From the NCBI GenBank assembly GCA_040397175.1, contig JBBAWM010000001.1, forward strand, positions 377,976-441,975: DNA of 64,000 nucleotides. The letters are read 5' to 3'. Both the position numbers and the translations under genes were made by a program. Each line of letters opens with the position of its first letter. The stretch's first letter is position 1. The stretch is from Candidatus Limnocylindrus sp. Its GTDB lineage: Bacteria > Chloroflexota > Limnocylindria > Limnocylindrales > Limnocylindraceae. Under the pieces are notes generated by a model. That model made no database searches, was not told the DNA's origin, and was given only the letters and a program-made list of their open reading frames with translations. Shown one piece after another: positions 1 through 9,628 of the stretch.

Positions 1-1215
1 ATCGATGCCACGCTGCAAACCCTCGTCGAGCAGGAGGTGACGACGGCCGGGATCGCGGATAATGCCGAATCGGTTAGCGCGATCGTGATGGATCCATATT
101 CCGGAGCCGTGATCTCGTCGGCTTCTTGGCCCGCCTACGACGCCAACAACTTCGGAGTCACCGCGGCGCGCGACCCGAGCCGCTTCATCAACCCAGTCAC
201 GACGAGTGTCTATGAACCTGGGTCGGTCATGAAGGCGATCACCTCTGTCGCTGCCCTTGAGTCGGGCCTCTACACCCCAACGACGGTGATCCAAGATGAG
301 GCGCTGCTCACACTTGATAACGGCGCAACGAAAGTGCGCAACTCCGACCACAAATCACGGGGATCAATGACGCTAACCGCTGCGCTCGCCTGGAGTCGAA
401 ACATCGTGTTCAGCAAGGTTGGACTCTCCCTCGGTGGCAACGCGCGCGAAGCGGCGGCGCGTCTCTACGCCACATGGCTACGCTTCGGATTCGGTGGCAA
501 GACCGGCATTGATGTCGTTGGCGAGAGTCAGGGGCTGGTGAACGATCCAGCGGAGCGTCGATGGCGGGAGATTGATGTGGCAAATGCCTCATTTGGTCAG
601 GGTGTCGGGACGACACTCGTGCAGCTTGCCGTCGCCTATTCGGCACTGGTGAACGGTGGCGTACTGGTACGTCCTCGTCTCGTTGATTCCATCGATGGCG
701 TGCCCGTACCAATCACGGTGCGTGGAACGGCAACCACCCCACAGGTTTCTGCACAACTCGTCAGCATGACGGGTCAGGTGACCAAGAGCGTGCCCTTCTA
801 TGCCAAGTTGACTCGCATGGATGGGTACTCCTACGGCGGCAAGACCGGAACTGCCCAGATTTGGTTGAAGGGAGCTGACAACGGCAAGGGCGCATGGGAT
901 TCCGATCACTACAACTTCACCTTTGTCGGTTGGGTTGGCAAGACGACGCCAGAGTATGTGATCGCAATCTCTATTCGCCGTGGTACGCCCGTCACGCAGC
1001 GCCAAGGTGCGATCATCAACCGCATTGAGTCGTTTGAGCTCTTCCGCCGCGTGGCGCAAGACCTCATCTCCGTCTACAACATCCCCCCCGCCGTTGCGGC
1101 TGCAGCAGGCGGCTTGACTCCCCCCACCCACCCTGGCGCGCCGGAACCCTCCGCTCCGGTTTTGCCGGCGGTGGGTGGGGATCTACCAACCTTCCGGAGC
1201 TGGAGGCGCGGATGA
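1..1215 (+). CDS. ftsI: Class B penicillin-binding protein (FtsI-like), 5'-truncated by window edge
   Basis: Frame open from base 1 (IDATLQ); transpeptidase motifs EPGSVMK (SxxK), SRN (SxN), KTGT; first gene of the dcw cluster. Confidence 0.9.
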   Translation: MDATLQTLVEQEVTTAGIADNAESVSAIVMDPYSGAVISSASWPAYDANNFGVTAARDPSRFINPVTTSVYEPGSVMKAITSVAALESGLYTPTTVIQDEALLTLDNGATKVRNSDHKSRGSMTLTAALAWSRNIVFSKVGLSLGGNAREAAARLYATWLRFGFGGKTGIDVVGESQGLVNDPAERRWREIDVANASFGQGVGTTLVQLAVAYSALVNGGVLVRPRLVDSIDGVPVPITVRGTATTPQVSAQLVSMTGQVTKSVPFYAKLTRMDGYSYGGKTGTAQIWLKGADNGKGAWDSDHYNFTFVGWVGKTTPEYVIAISIRRGTPVTQRQGAIINRIESFELFRRVAQDLISVYNIPPAVAAAAGGLTPPTHPGAPEPSAPVLPAVGGDLPTFRSWRRG

Positions 1216-2699
1216 TGGCCCTCTCGGCAACTCCGCGAACGGTCAGCGGACCTCTCGCGACATCGGGTCGCGAGCTTGCAAGCATCCTCGGTGGCACGCT
1301 GATCGTTGATGGCCAACAGCCGATCCGCGGATGCGCGGTTGACTCCCGCGTCGTCACTGCGGGTCAGATGTTCCTCGCACTACCCGGTGAGCAGACGCAC
1401 GGACTCCGTCATGCTGGCGAGGCGTTGCACGCTGGTGCAGCGGCGATCGTCGTTGAGGCTGGAGCGGCCACCGCGGCGATGCCAGAGGTGCTCGCCGAAG
1501 TGGAGCGAGCGGCACGCGGGGCGGGCGCCACGCTCATCAGCGTCGACAACGGCCGGGTTGCACTCAACCGCGCGGCGACCGATTGGCGCAACCGCTTCAC
1601 ACTCGAGGTGATTGGCGTCACCGGATCAGTGGGAAAGACCACGACGAAGCAGCTCATCGCCGCCGCCCTTGGGGGTGAGGCTGCCGGGTGCGCCGCCACT
1701 CCCGGGAATGCCAACAACGAGCTCGGCCTGCCCATGTCGCTCCTGAATCTTCCTGACGGAACCGTGCGCTACGTCGCCGAGATGGGGATGTACGTGGAGG
1801 GCGATATCCGGGCGCTCTGTACCTTGGCCCGCCCCCACATCGGCGTGGTGACCGCCATTGATGCCGTGCATGCTGAGCGGGCAGGTGACCTTGATGCCAT
1901 CGAACGTGGCAAGGGTGAGCTCGTGGAGTCACTCCCGCCCGAGGGATGGGCTCTCCTCGCCGCCGACGACTCCCGCGTCCTCCGTCTCGCCGCGCGTACC
2001 CGAGCGCAAACCGTGACCGCTGGTCACGCTACCGGCGCCAACGTTCGCATCGTTGAGACCGCGCTCGATGAGCCATCAGGTCACACGCTCGTCACGCTAC
2101 AGATCCGCGACGAATTAGTGCGTGTTGATCTGCCGCTCTTTGGGCTCCACTTCGCCAAGGCGGCGGCGCTTGCGATTGCCGTCGCGGACATCTGTGGCAT
2201 TACACCGAGCGACGCCGCGACCAGGCTCGCCGCAGTTCAGCTTCCATCTGGCCGTGCAACGGTGCACATGTTCGCCGGGATCCGGCTGATCGATGACGCG
2301 TATAACGCTGCACCAACGAGCATGGCAGCTGCGCTGGCGACTCTCGCAGCCTGTCGCCCACGCCGCTTTGCAGCGCTTGGCGCAATGGGGGAGCTCGGCG
2401 CCTATGCCGCTGATGCGCACAACGCAGTCGGCGAGGCCGCCGCCGCAAGTGGGCTTGAGCTCCTCATCGTCTTTGGCGCCGAGGCGGACGGGATTGCCGA
2501 AGGTGCACGCGCAAGTGGAATGCCAATCCTGAAGATCATGCGCCTCAGTAGTGATGCAGCAGGTATCGCTGCAGCCGTCGGACTCTTAGGCGATAAGGCG
2601 GCTTCGGGCGACACCATCTTGGTGAAGGCGTCGCGCTCCGTTGCGCTAGAGCGGCTGGTTGGTGGGCTAGAAACCCGCTGGGGTGAGGGGGCGCGATGA
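1212..2699 (+). CDS. murF: UDP-MurNAc-tripeptide:D-Ala-D-Ala ligase
   Basis: VDSR, TGSVGKTTTK P-loop, GNANNELG, DDAYNAAP, LVKASR; ATGA overlap with ftsI. Confidence 0.93.
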   Translation: MMALSATPRTVSGPLATSGRELASILGGTLIVDGQQPIRGCAVDSRVVTAGQMFLALPGEQTHGLRHAGEALHAGAAAIVVEAGAATAAMPEVLAEVERAARGAGATLISVDNGRVALNRAATDWRNRFTLEVIGVTGSVGKTTTKQLIAAALGGEAAGCAATPGNANNELGLPMSLLNLPDGTVRYVAEMGMYVEGDIRALCTLARPHIGVVTAIDAVHAERAGDLDAIERGKGELVESLPPEGWALLAADDSRVLRLAARTRAQTVTAGHATGANVRIVETALDEPSGHTLVTLQIRDELVRVDLPLFGLHFAKAAALAIAVADICGITPSDAATRLAAVQLPSGRATVHMFAGIRLIDDAYNAAPTSMAAALATLAACRPRRFAALGAMGELGAYAADAHNAVGEAAAASGLELLIVFGAEADGIAEGARASGMPILKIMRLSSDAAGIAAAVGLLGDKAASGDTILVKASRSVALERLVGGLETRWGEGAR

Positions 2700-3667
2700 T
2701 TGCCATCGTGCAGGCGCTGGTCCTCGCATTCCTGTGTGTCTTCGTACTGATGCCGGCGTACCTGCGCCTCTTGAAGTACGCAGGATTCGGTAAGCGCGTA
2801 CGACGGGAGTTTGGCCCGGAGTGGCATATCGTCAAAGAGGGAACCCCGACGATGGGAGGGTTGCTGCTCACGGCGATCGTGATTGCCCTTGCGCTCCTCC
2901 TCGACGCCGTCGACGCTTCAACCTACGCCGTGCTGCTGGCACTGCTCGGCGTTACCCTCCTCGGCGCGTTTGATGATTGGATGAATGCGCGAACGGGCGA
3001 TGGAATCTCGGCGCGACAGAAGCTCCTCTGGCAGACCGGCGTGGCAGTCATTTCGGCAATCTACCTGCAGCAGCACTTCGCCTTCTCCTCACTTGTCGTG
3101 CCATTCGTTGGTGAGGTGCCAATCGCGCCAATCTTGTGGATCACCGTTGCCGTCGTTGCCATCGTCGCAACGAGCAACGGCGTGAACCTTACCGACGGCC
3201 TCGACGGGCTCTCCGGTGGAACGATGACGTTCGCCTGGATCAGCTACATGGTCATTGCGCTCCTCAACGCGCCGGGGCAGGTGAATCTGGCGATCGTTTG
3301 CGCGCTCATTGCCGGTGCCTTGGTCGGCTTCCTCTGGTTTAACGTGCATCCGGCAAGCGTGATCATCGGCGATGCAGGCGCACTTGGATTCGGAGCCGCA
3401 CTCGCCGTGACGGGACTGGTGACGGGCCACGTGCTGCTCCTACCGCTCATCGGCATCATCTTCGTGGTGGAGACGGGCTCGGTCATCTTGCAGGTTGCGA
3501 GCGTCAAGCTCACCGGCAGGCGCATCTTCCTCTTCACGCCCATTCACCACCACTTTGAGCGGCTCGGTTGGGCGGAGACGCAAATAACCTTCCGCTTCTG
3601 GATCATCGGTGCGATTGGCGGGATCCTCGGCATCGTGACCTTTCTGGCAACTCGAGCGCAAGGATGA
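2696..3667 (+). CDS. mraY: Phospho-MurNAc-pentapeptide transferase
   Basis: Multi-TM; KEGTPTMGG, FDD, NLTDGLDGL, IGDAG, PIHHHFE. Confidence 0.96.
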   Translation: MIAIVQALVLAFLCVFVLMPAYLRLLKYAGFGKRVRREFGPEWHIVKEGTPTMGGLLLTAIVIALALLLDAVDASTYAVLLALLGVTLLGAFDDWMNARTGDGISARQKLLWQTGVAVISAIYLQQHFAFSSLVVPFVGEVPIAPILWITVAVVAIVATSNGVNLTDGLDGLSGGTMTFAWISYMVIALLNAPGQVNLAIVCALIAGALVGFLWFNVHPASVIIGDAGALGFGAALAVTGLVTGHVLLLPLIGIIFVVETGSVILQVASVKLTGRRIFLFTPIHHHFERLGWAETQITFRFWIIGAIGGILGIVTFLATRAQG

Positions 3668-5220
3668 GCGGCGACGGCATTACGCTCACTGACCTCGAAG
3701 CGCCAGCCATTGCGGCGGGGAGCCTTCGCGGACGCAACGTGCTCATCCTTGGAGCCGGGCGTACCGGTCAGGCAACCGCCGCATTTGCCGCTGGAGCGGG
3801 CGCCTACGTGACGGTACACGACACGGATACGATCGAGCGCGTGGTCGGCGCCGCTGAGTCCTTCGCCGGCGGTGGAATACACACCTCTTTCGGTGATGAC
3901 GAGAACCTCGCACCACTCCTCGCCAAGGCAGATCTTGTCGTCCATAGCCCCGCGGTAACGCTGGGGTTCCCTACGGTGCGCCCCGCCATTGAGCGCGACC
4001 TTCGCGCCTTTGCCGCGCGCGCGATCCCGCTGGTCGGGGAGGGGGGCGCCCATGGTCAAATCCTGATCAGCGAACCCGAGTGGGCGCTCCGCCTGCTGGG
4101 AAGCAGATGGCGCATCGGGGTAACGGGAACGAAGGGGAAGAGCACCACCTGCAACCTGATCGCGACGATCCTCGCGCGCGACCCTTCGCACCCAGTTGAG
4201 CTTGGCGGCAACAATGGGAAGCCGCTCATCGGTCGCGCAGCAACCCTTCCAGCGGAGACACGCGTCGTGATCGAGCTGTCGGAACTGCAACTTCCGTCGC
4301 TCCACTCGACCGTTGACGTCGGAGTGTTTACGAACGTGACCGCCGATCACCTCGATCGACATGGAAGTGTGAGCGCCTATCGCAGCGTCAAGCGCCTCCT
4401 CGCCGATCGCATCGCCGAGGATGGCGTCATGATCGTCAATCTCGACGATCCAGTGGTGGCCGCGTATGCAGGTATCGGCCGCGTCGAAACTGTTGGGTAT
4501 CGCCTTAGCAGCCCAATGCCAGGTGGCGTCGGCATTGTTGATGGATGGATCGTCGCGGCTGGCGTACCGCGAGCGGCGCGATTTGGGGGCGGTGTCGCCG
4601 CGACTGGACCCGGCGGTCGCATCATGCCCGTCGGCGAGATTGCGCTCCCCGGCGACCATAGCGTGAGTAATGTGCTGGCTGCCATCAGCGTGGCGCTCGT
4701 TGCGGGGGTCGCCCCCGACGCAATCCGCAGCGCGGTGGGATCGTTCACTGGCATCCCGCATCGCCTTGAGACTGTGGCCGTAATCAAGGGCATTCGCTAC
4801 GTGAATGATTCACAGGCGACGCAACCAGATGCGGTTGCAGCTGCGGTGCGCTCCTTCCCGAAACCACTCGTCCTGATCGCTGGAGGGCGGAGCAAGGGGC
4901 TTGATCTCGTAGACCTAGCACCGATCGTTGCCATCCACTGCTCCGCGGCGGTGGTGATGGGCGAACTCGCAGACGAGCTCGAGGCGCTCTTCCGCGGTGC
5001 AGGGCTGACACGTATTGCCCGTGCGACGAGTGTCGAAGGAGCCGTAGAGGTTGGAGCACTGCTTGCTGAGGAGCTTGGTACCGAAAGCCCCAATGGCATT
5101 CGAGCAACGCTGCTGTTGAGCCCAATCGGCTCTAGTTTTGATATGTACAACAATCCATTTGGCGCGCGTGGCGAGGCCTTCCGCGCCGCCGTACTTGCCC
5201 GGGCGGAGTCGCCACGATGA
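3664..5220 (+). CDS. murD: UDP-MurNAc-L-Ala:D-Glu ligase
   Basis: GAGRTG, TGTKGKSTT, DHLDRH, PHRLE, GGRSKG, SPIGSSFD; start placed at ATG 3664 overlapping the mraY stop (ATGA). Confidence 0.9.
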   Translation: MSGDGITLTDLEAPAIAAGSLRGRNVLILGAGRTGQATAAFAAGAGAYVTVHDTDTIERVVGAAESFAGGGIHTSFGDDENLAPLLAKADLVVHSPAVTLGFPTVRPAIERDLRAFAARAIPLVGEGGAHGQILISEPEWALRLLGSRWRIGVTGTKGKSTTCNLIATILARDPSHPVELGGNNGKPLIGRAATLPAETRVVIELSELQLPSLHSTVDVGVFTNVTADHLDRHGSVSAYRSVKRLLADRIAEDGVMIVNLDDPVVAAYAGIGRVETVGYRLSSPMPGGVGIVDGWIVAAGVPRAARFGGGVAATGPGGRIMPVGEIALPGDHSVSNVLAAISVALVAGVAPDAIRSAVGSFTGIPHRLETVAVIKGIRYVNDSQATQPDAVAAAVRSFPKPLVLIAGGRSKGLDLVDLAPIVAIHCSAAVVMGELADELEALFRGAGLTRIARATSVEGAVEVGALLAEELGTESPNGIRATLLLSPIGSSFDMYNNPFGARGEAFRAAVLARAESPR

Positions 5221-6542
5221 GCCGACTTGTGCGACAGGGTGGTCCGATGCGCACGCCGGGGGCTCGACCGATGAACGGGAGCTCGTCGAGGCGCAGCGGC
5301 ACAACGCGGCAGCGCATTGCGAGTGCGCTACGGATTGAGCGGCCCGGTGAAGATATGGCGATTCTCTTCCCTGCAGTTGTCCTCGTTGGGATTGGTGTGC
5401 TCATGGTGTTCTCCGCCTCCGCCATGAACAATCTGATCAAGAACAACGACGCCTACGGCGCAGGCATTCGACAACTCTTCTACGCGGTGATCGGGGCGGC
5501 AGTCATGTACCTCTTCTCTGCCGCTGACTACCGTCGCTGGCGCCCCTTCGCCCCCTTTGCGATGGTCGTGTCGATCGCACTCCTCCTTGCAGTGCTGATT
5601 CCGGGAGTTCCGACCGAGGCGGGTTTGCGGCGTTCGCTCTCGATTGGCCCAATTAGCATCCATGCCGCAGAGGCGGCGAAGTTCTCGTTGATCCTTTTCT
5701 TGGCCGATCTCCTCGCACGGCGGGGCCAGGAGGTGGGGAAGATGTTCGAGACGATGCTCTCCCCACTGCTGGCGATTGCGCTCTCGGTCGGGCTTGTGCT
5801 GGTTGAGCCTGACCTTGGCACGGCGTCGATTCTCGGCCTCATCGGTTTCTCGCTCCTCTTTGTTGCAGGTGTCCCACTTCGCTGGGTGTTGGCGCCAGGG
5901 CTCGCCGCCGCAGCGTTCGCCATCACAATGATCTTCGTCAACGGATACCAGGCCGCTCGCCTCGGCGGGTTCAGTGATCCATTCTCTGACCCAACCGGCT
6001 CGACGTACCAGACGCTTCAAGGTTTGATCGCCATGGCCGTCGGTGGGCCGCTCGGCTCCGGTCTCGGCTCCTCCCAGCAGTTGGGAGGGATCAATATTCC
6101 GTACGCCTGGAACGACTACATCTTTGCCGTCATCGGAGAGGAGGTCGGCCTCCTTGGCATGCTCACCGTCATCGTCGCCTTCTTGGCGATTGCCCTTCGC
6201 GGCCTGCGAGCGGCACGTCTCGCCCCCGACACCTACGGCGCGCTCCTTGCGACCGGCATCGTGGTGTGGATCTCTGGGCAGGCCTTCGTGAACATTGCGG
6301 TGGTGCTCGCCCTGCTCCCCGTTACGGGGGTGCCGCTCCCGCTCGTCTCCCAGGGCGGCTCGTCACTCATTGTGTTGATGGCGGCCATCGGGCTGCTCCT
6401 CTCGGTATCGCGTGAGACGATGAGTACAGGTCAGGCAGGAGGTAGTGATGCGCGTGCTAATCGCGGGTGGCGGAACGGGGGGACATCTCTTCCCAGCGTT
6501 CGCCGTAGCTCGTACGGTTCGCCAACTCCATACCGGCGCTGA
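5217..6542 (+). CDS. ftsW: SEDS peptidoglycan glycosyltransferase FtsW
   Basis: Multi-TM; MVFSAS, EPDLGT, DYIFAVIGEE, PVTGVPLPLVSQGGSS; lies between murD and murG. Confidence 0.93.
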   Translation: MSRLVRQGGPMRTPGARPMNGSSSRRSGTTRQRIASALRIERPGEDMAILFPAVVLVGIGVLMVFSASAMNNLIKNNDAYGAGIRQLFYAVIGAAVMYLFSAADYRRWRPFAPFAMVVSIALLLAVLIPGVPTEAGLRRSLSIGPISIHAAEAAKFSLILFLADLLARRGQEVGKMFETMLSPLLAIALSVGLVLVEPDLGTASILGLIGFSLLFVAGVPLRWVLAPGLAAAAFAITMIFVNGYQAARLGGFSDPFSDPTGSTYQTLQGLIAMAVGGPLGSGLGSSQQLGGINIPYAWNDYIFAVIGEEVGLLGMLTVIVAFLAIALRGLRAARLAPDTYGALLATGIVVWISGQAFVNIAVVLALLPVTGVPLPLVSQGGSSLIVLMAAIGLLLSVSRETMSTGQAGGSDARANRGWRNGGTSLPSVRRSSYGSPTPYRR

Positions 6543-7551
6543 GATCAGCTGGCTCGGCGGCGCGCGTGGCGTCGAGTCGCGCCTCGTTGCAGAGGCGGGC
6601 ATTCCGCTCACCCTCCTGGCCGCCCCAAGCCTGCGACCGAGCGGCGCAGGGTTGCTCGCGACGGCGCGTGATGCCGCCGCGCTGCTCTGGTCGATCCCTC
6701 AGGCGATCCGCCTCATTCGTCGTTTTCGACCCGATGTGATCTTCTCAACGGGCGGCTACATCGCCATCCCCACACTGATCGCCGCGTGGCTGACGCGCAC
6801 GCCGAGCCTCCTGTGGGAGGGGAACGTCCAGGCAGGTCGCTCCAACACCCTCGTGGCGCCGCTTGCCACGCATCTCGCCGTCGCCTGGCGAAAAACTGCG
6901 GAGCGTGCACCGTGGAGTGGGGGAAAAACAACGGTGACTGGCACACCCGTGCGTGGGCTTGCGATCAGCCGCGAGTCCGCGCGCGCGGCACGTGGACTCG
7001 TGGAGGGTGACCAACTCCTCCTCGTGTTCGGCGGCTCGCAACGCGTTCGTCGATTCGAGACGGCACTCGACGGTGCGCTCACAACACTCCTTACCAATTG
7101 GACCGTACTCCACGTCGTGATGGAGGGACTGCCAGATGCTGAGCGCCGTCGAGCAAGTCTGCCAAGGGAACTTCGTCACCGGTATGTGCCCGTTGCATTC
7201 CTTGGTGGCGGAGAGATGGAGTCGGCCCTCGTCGCGGCTGACTTGATGCTTGGACGTGCTGGCGCGTCAACGATTGCCGAGGCTGCCGCTGCGGGACTCC
7301 CCGCCATCATCGTGCCCTACCCGTATGCGGGTGGCCATCAACGTGCGAATGCTGAGGCCGCCGCAGAGGCTGGTGCAGCCACCATGATCAACGATGAAGC
7401 GTTGACCTCTGACCGCCTCCTCGCCGCAGTCCAACACTATGCGACACCCGCTCAGCGCGCTGCAGCGGCGCGCGCGGCCACGACGCTGGCGCACCCTGAT
7501 GCCACGGTGGTGATTGCGGAGAAGTTGTTGCAGTTGGGCGGTCGGCGATGA
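6448..7551 (+). CDS. murG: Lipid I GlcNAc transferase
   Basis: GGGTGGH, TGGY, GGSQ, RAGAST, HQRAN; SD AGGAGG at 6437-6442. Confidence 0.95.
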   Translation: MRVLIAGGGTGGHLFPAFAVARTVRQLHTGAEISWLGGARGVESRLVAEAGIPLTLLAAPSLRPSGAGLLATARDAAALLWSIPQAIRLIRRFRPDVIFSTGGYIAIPTLIAAWLTRTPSLLWEGNVQAGRSNTLVAPLATHLAVAWRKTAERAPWSGGKTTVTGTPVRGLAISRESARAARGLVEGDQLLLVFGGSQRVRRFETALDGALTTLLTNWTVLHVVMEGLPDAERRRASLPRELRHRYVPVAFLGGGEMESALVAADLMLGRAGASTIAEAAAAGLPAIIVPYPYAGGHQRANAEAAAEAGAATMINDEALTSDRLLAAVQHYATPAQRAAAARAATTLAHPDATVVIAEKLLQLGGRR

Positions 7552-8507
7552 GCGATGTGCAGCGCGTTCATCCGTGGGCCGATGCGGAGGTAGCTGCGCG
7601 CGAACTCGAGCGCCGCCTCAGCTTGAAGGTGCTGCGTAACGAGCCCCTCGCCGAGCACACCACGATGCGTGTCGGTGGTCCAGCCGACCTTCTCGTCACC
7701 ATCCGCGATCGCTTCGCCCTGCGTGGGCTGGTTCGCCTCGCTGCGTCACGTAGCTGGCCGCTGCTCATCCTTGGGCGCGGTAGCAATGTGGTCGTGGGCG
7801 ATCGCGGCATTCGCGGCATCGTTGCGTTGAATCGCAGCGCGGGGTACGACGTGGATCAATCAGCGGGAACGATCTCCTTTGATTCAGGAGTCCCCATGGC
7901 GAAGGCATCGACGATCGCCGCCGAGGCTGGGCTGACCGGACTGGAGTTTGCCCTTGCGATTCCGGGGAACATCGGCGGCGCCATCTGGGCGAATGCGGGA
8001 GCGCATGGCGGTGAGATGGCTGCGATTACCCGTTCTGTGACGCTCCTTCGGGCGGACGGCGCCGAGGTAGAGATCCCGGTCGCCGAGGCGGAATTTCGCT
8101 ACCGCGAATCGCGATTCAAGCGGCCCGAGGGGGGCGGCGAGGTGATTCTGGGAGCGACGGTCAGCCTCACACCGGGCGATCCAGACGTCATCAAAGGGCA
8201 CCTCGAGGAGATCCGTCGCTGGCGTCGCGAGCATCAGCCGCTCGGCATACCGAGCGCCGGCAGTGTCTTCCGCAACCCCCCAGGTGAGCTGAGCGCAGGC
8301 GCGCTCATCGAGGCTGCAGGGATGAAGGGGGTGCGGATTGGCGGCGCTGAGGTCTCGGAGATGCACGCCAATTGGATCCTGAATCGTGGGGGAGCAACCG
8401 CAGCGGATATCCGCGCGTTACATGACGCCTGCCGCGATGCTGTCCAGGCACAGCGCGGGATCACACTCGCTACGGAGATCGCCTTCGTTGGAGAGCTCAC
8501 CGCATGA
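7548..8507 (+). CDS. murB: UDP-N-acetylenolpyruvoylglucosamine reductase
   Basis: HTTMRVGGPA, GRGSN, IPGNIGG, SAGSVFRNP, HANWI. Confidence 0.95.
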   Translation: MSDVQRVHPWADAEVAARELERRLSLKVLRNEPLAEHTTMRVGGPADLLVTIRDRFALRGLVRLAASRSWPLLILGRGSNVVVGDRGIRGIVALNRSAGYDVDQSAGTISFDSGVPMAKASTIAAEAGLTGLEFALAIPGNIGGAIWANAGAHGGEMAAITRSVTLLRADGAEVEIPVAEAEFRYRESRFKRPEGGGEVILGATVSLTPGDPDVIKGHLEEIRRWRREHQPLGIPSAGSVFRNPPGELSAGALIEAAGMKGVRIGGAEVSEMHANWILNRGGATAADIRALHDACRDAVQAQRGITLATEIAFVGELTA

Positions 8508-9628
8508 GTGTGCGTGGGTCGCTCCCGCCGATCCTCGTCCTCTTCGGTGGAAGGAGCGCGGAGTCTGATATCTCGGTGATCTCTGGCACCGCCATCGCAG
8601 CAGCGCTCCTTGATGCTGGGTTGAACGTGACGCAGGCGCATATCGCTCGGGACGGTTCCGTTCGATCGCTGGCAGCCGACCATCGCCGCGACAACGTTGC
8701 GGGCGGCGCCTATACCGACCTCACTGCGTCAGCACTTCGCTCTGCACCGGTCATGGCGCTCGAAACCTATCTGCACGGCGTTGCCGCATCGGCACCAGAG
8801 ACGATCGTCATTCCGGCGCTACATGGACCAGGCGACGAAGATGGCACGATCGCAGCGGCAGCCGCGGCCGCTGGACTCAACTATGTCGGGGATACCCCCG
8901 ATGTTGCCGCGCTCGGCATGGATAAGCCGCGATTCAAATCACTCGCACGCGAACTCGGCGTTGCAACGCTCCCCGACCTGGTGATCAGCCAACAGGATTG
9001 GTCGTCAAATCGCGCGCACGCGCTCGACGCCCTGGCAGCCTTTGCGCACGAGCACACTGCGACGGGGGCGCTGATCGGCAAACCGGCGGCACACGGGTCC
9101 TCAATCGGTATGAAGATCGCCCACACGTCAGCCGAATGGGCCGAAGCCGTCGAGGAGGCACTGCGCTTCGGTGATCACGCCATGCTCGAGCCGTACCTTG
9201 AGCGCGCCAGGGAGCTAGAGGTTGCAGTGTTGGAACGTGCGGACGGCTCGGTGCAAGCGTTTGGCCCTGGCGAGGTGTTCCCCGGGCGAGAGTTTTACGA
9301 TTACGACGCCAAGTATGCGCCCGGAATTTCGCGCACTGCCACCTCAAGCGAACTCCCTTCCGGCCTATCCGATGAGATTCGCAACGCTGCTGCAGCGCTC
9401 TTCGCGGCCGCGGGCAGTCGGGGCCTCTCGCGCATGGACTTCTTGATGGCGCGGAGCGGCGAGCGCGCTGGCCACTGGTACCTCTCAGAGGTGAATACCT
9501 TCCCTGGCTTCACGCCAATCTCGCTCTTCCCTGCATTGGTGATGTCTGGTGGTTCCAGTTTTATGGAGCTGTGCGTTGAGTTGGTCGCTGCGGCCGCCGC
9601 ACGTCCCGCAGGTCGTGGCGCGCAATGA
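8504..9628 (+). CDS. ddl: D-alanine--D-alanine ligase
   Basis: FGGRSAE, LHGP, MDK, GSSIG, FYDYDAKY, EVNTFPGFT. Confidence 0.94.
   Translation: MSVRGSLPPILVLFGGRSAESDISVISGTAIAAALLDAGLNVTQAHIARDGSVRSLAADHRRDNVAGGAYTDLTASALRSAPVMALETYLHGVAASAPETIVIPALHGPGDEDGTIAAAAAAAGLNYVGDTPDVAALGMDKPRFKSLARELGVATLPDLVISQQDWSSNRAHALDALAAFAHEHTATGALIGKPAAHGSSIGMKIAHTSAEWAEAVEEALRFGDHAMLEPYLERARELEVAVLERADGSVQAFGPGEVFPGREFYDYDAKYAPGISRTATSSELPSGLSDEIRNAAAALFAAAGSRGLSRMDFLMARSGERAGHWYLSEVNTFPGFTPISLFPALVMSGGSSFMELCVELVAAAAARPAGRGAQ

Noticed and set aside
8504-9628. Possible D-Ala-D-Lac (vancomycin-resistance) ligase
   Set aside because: Omega loop FYDYDAKY keeps the Tyr typical of D-Ala-D-Ala ligases; no van genes present
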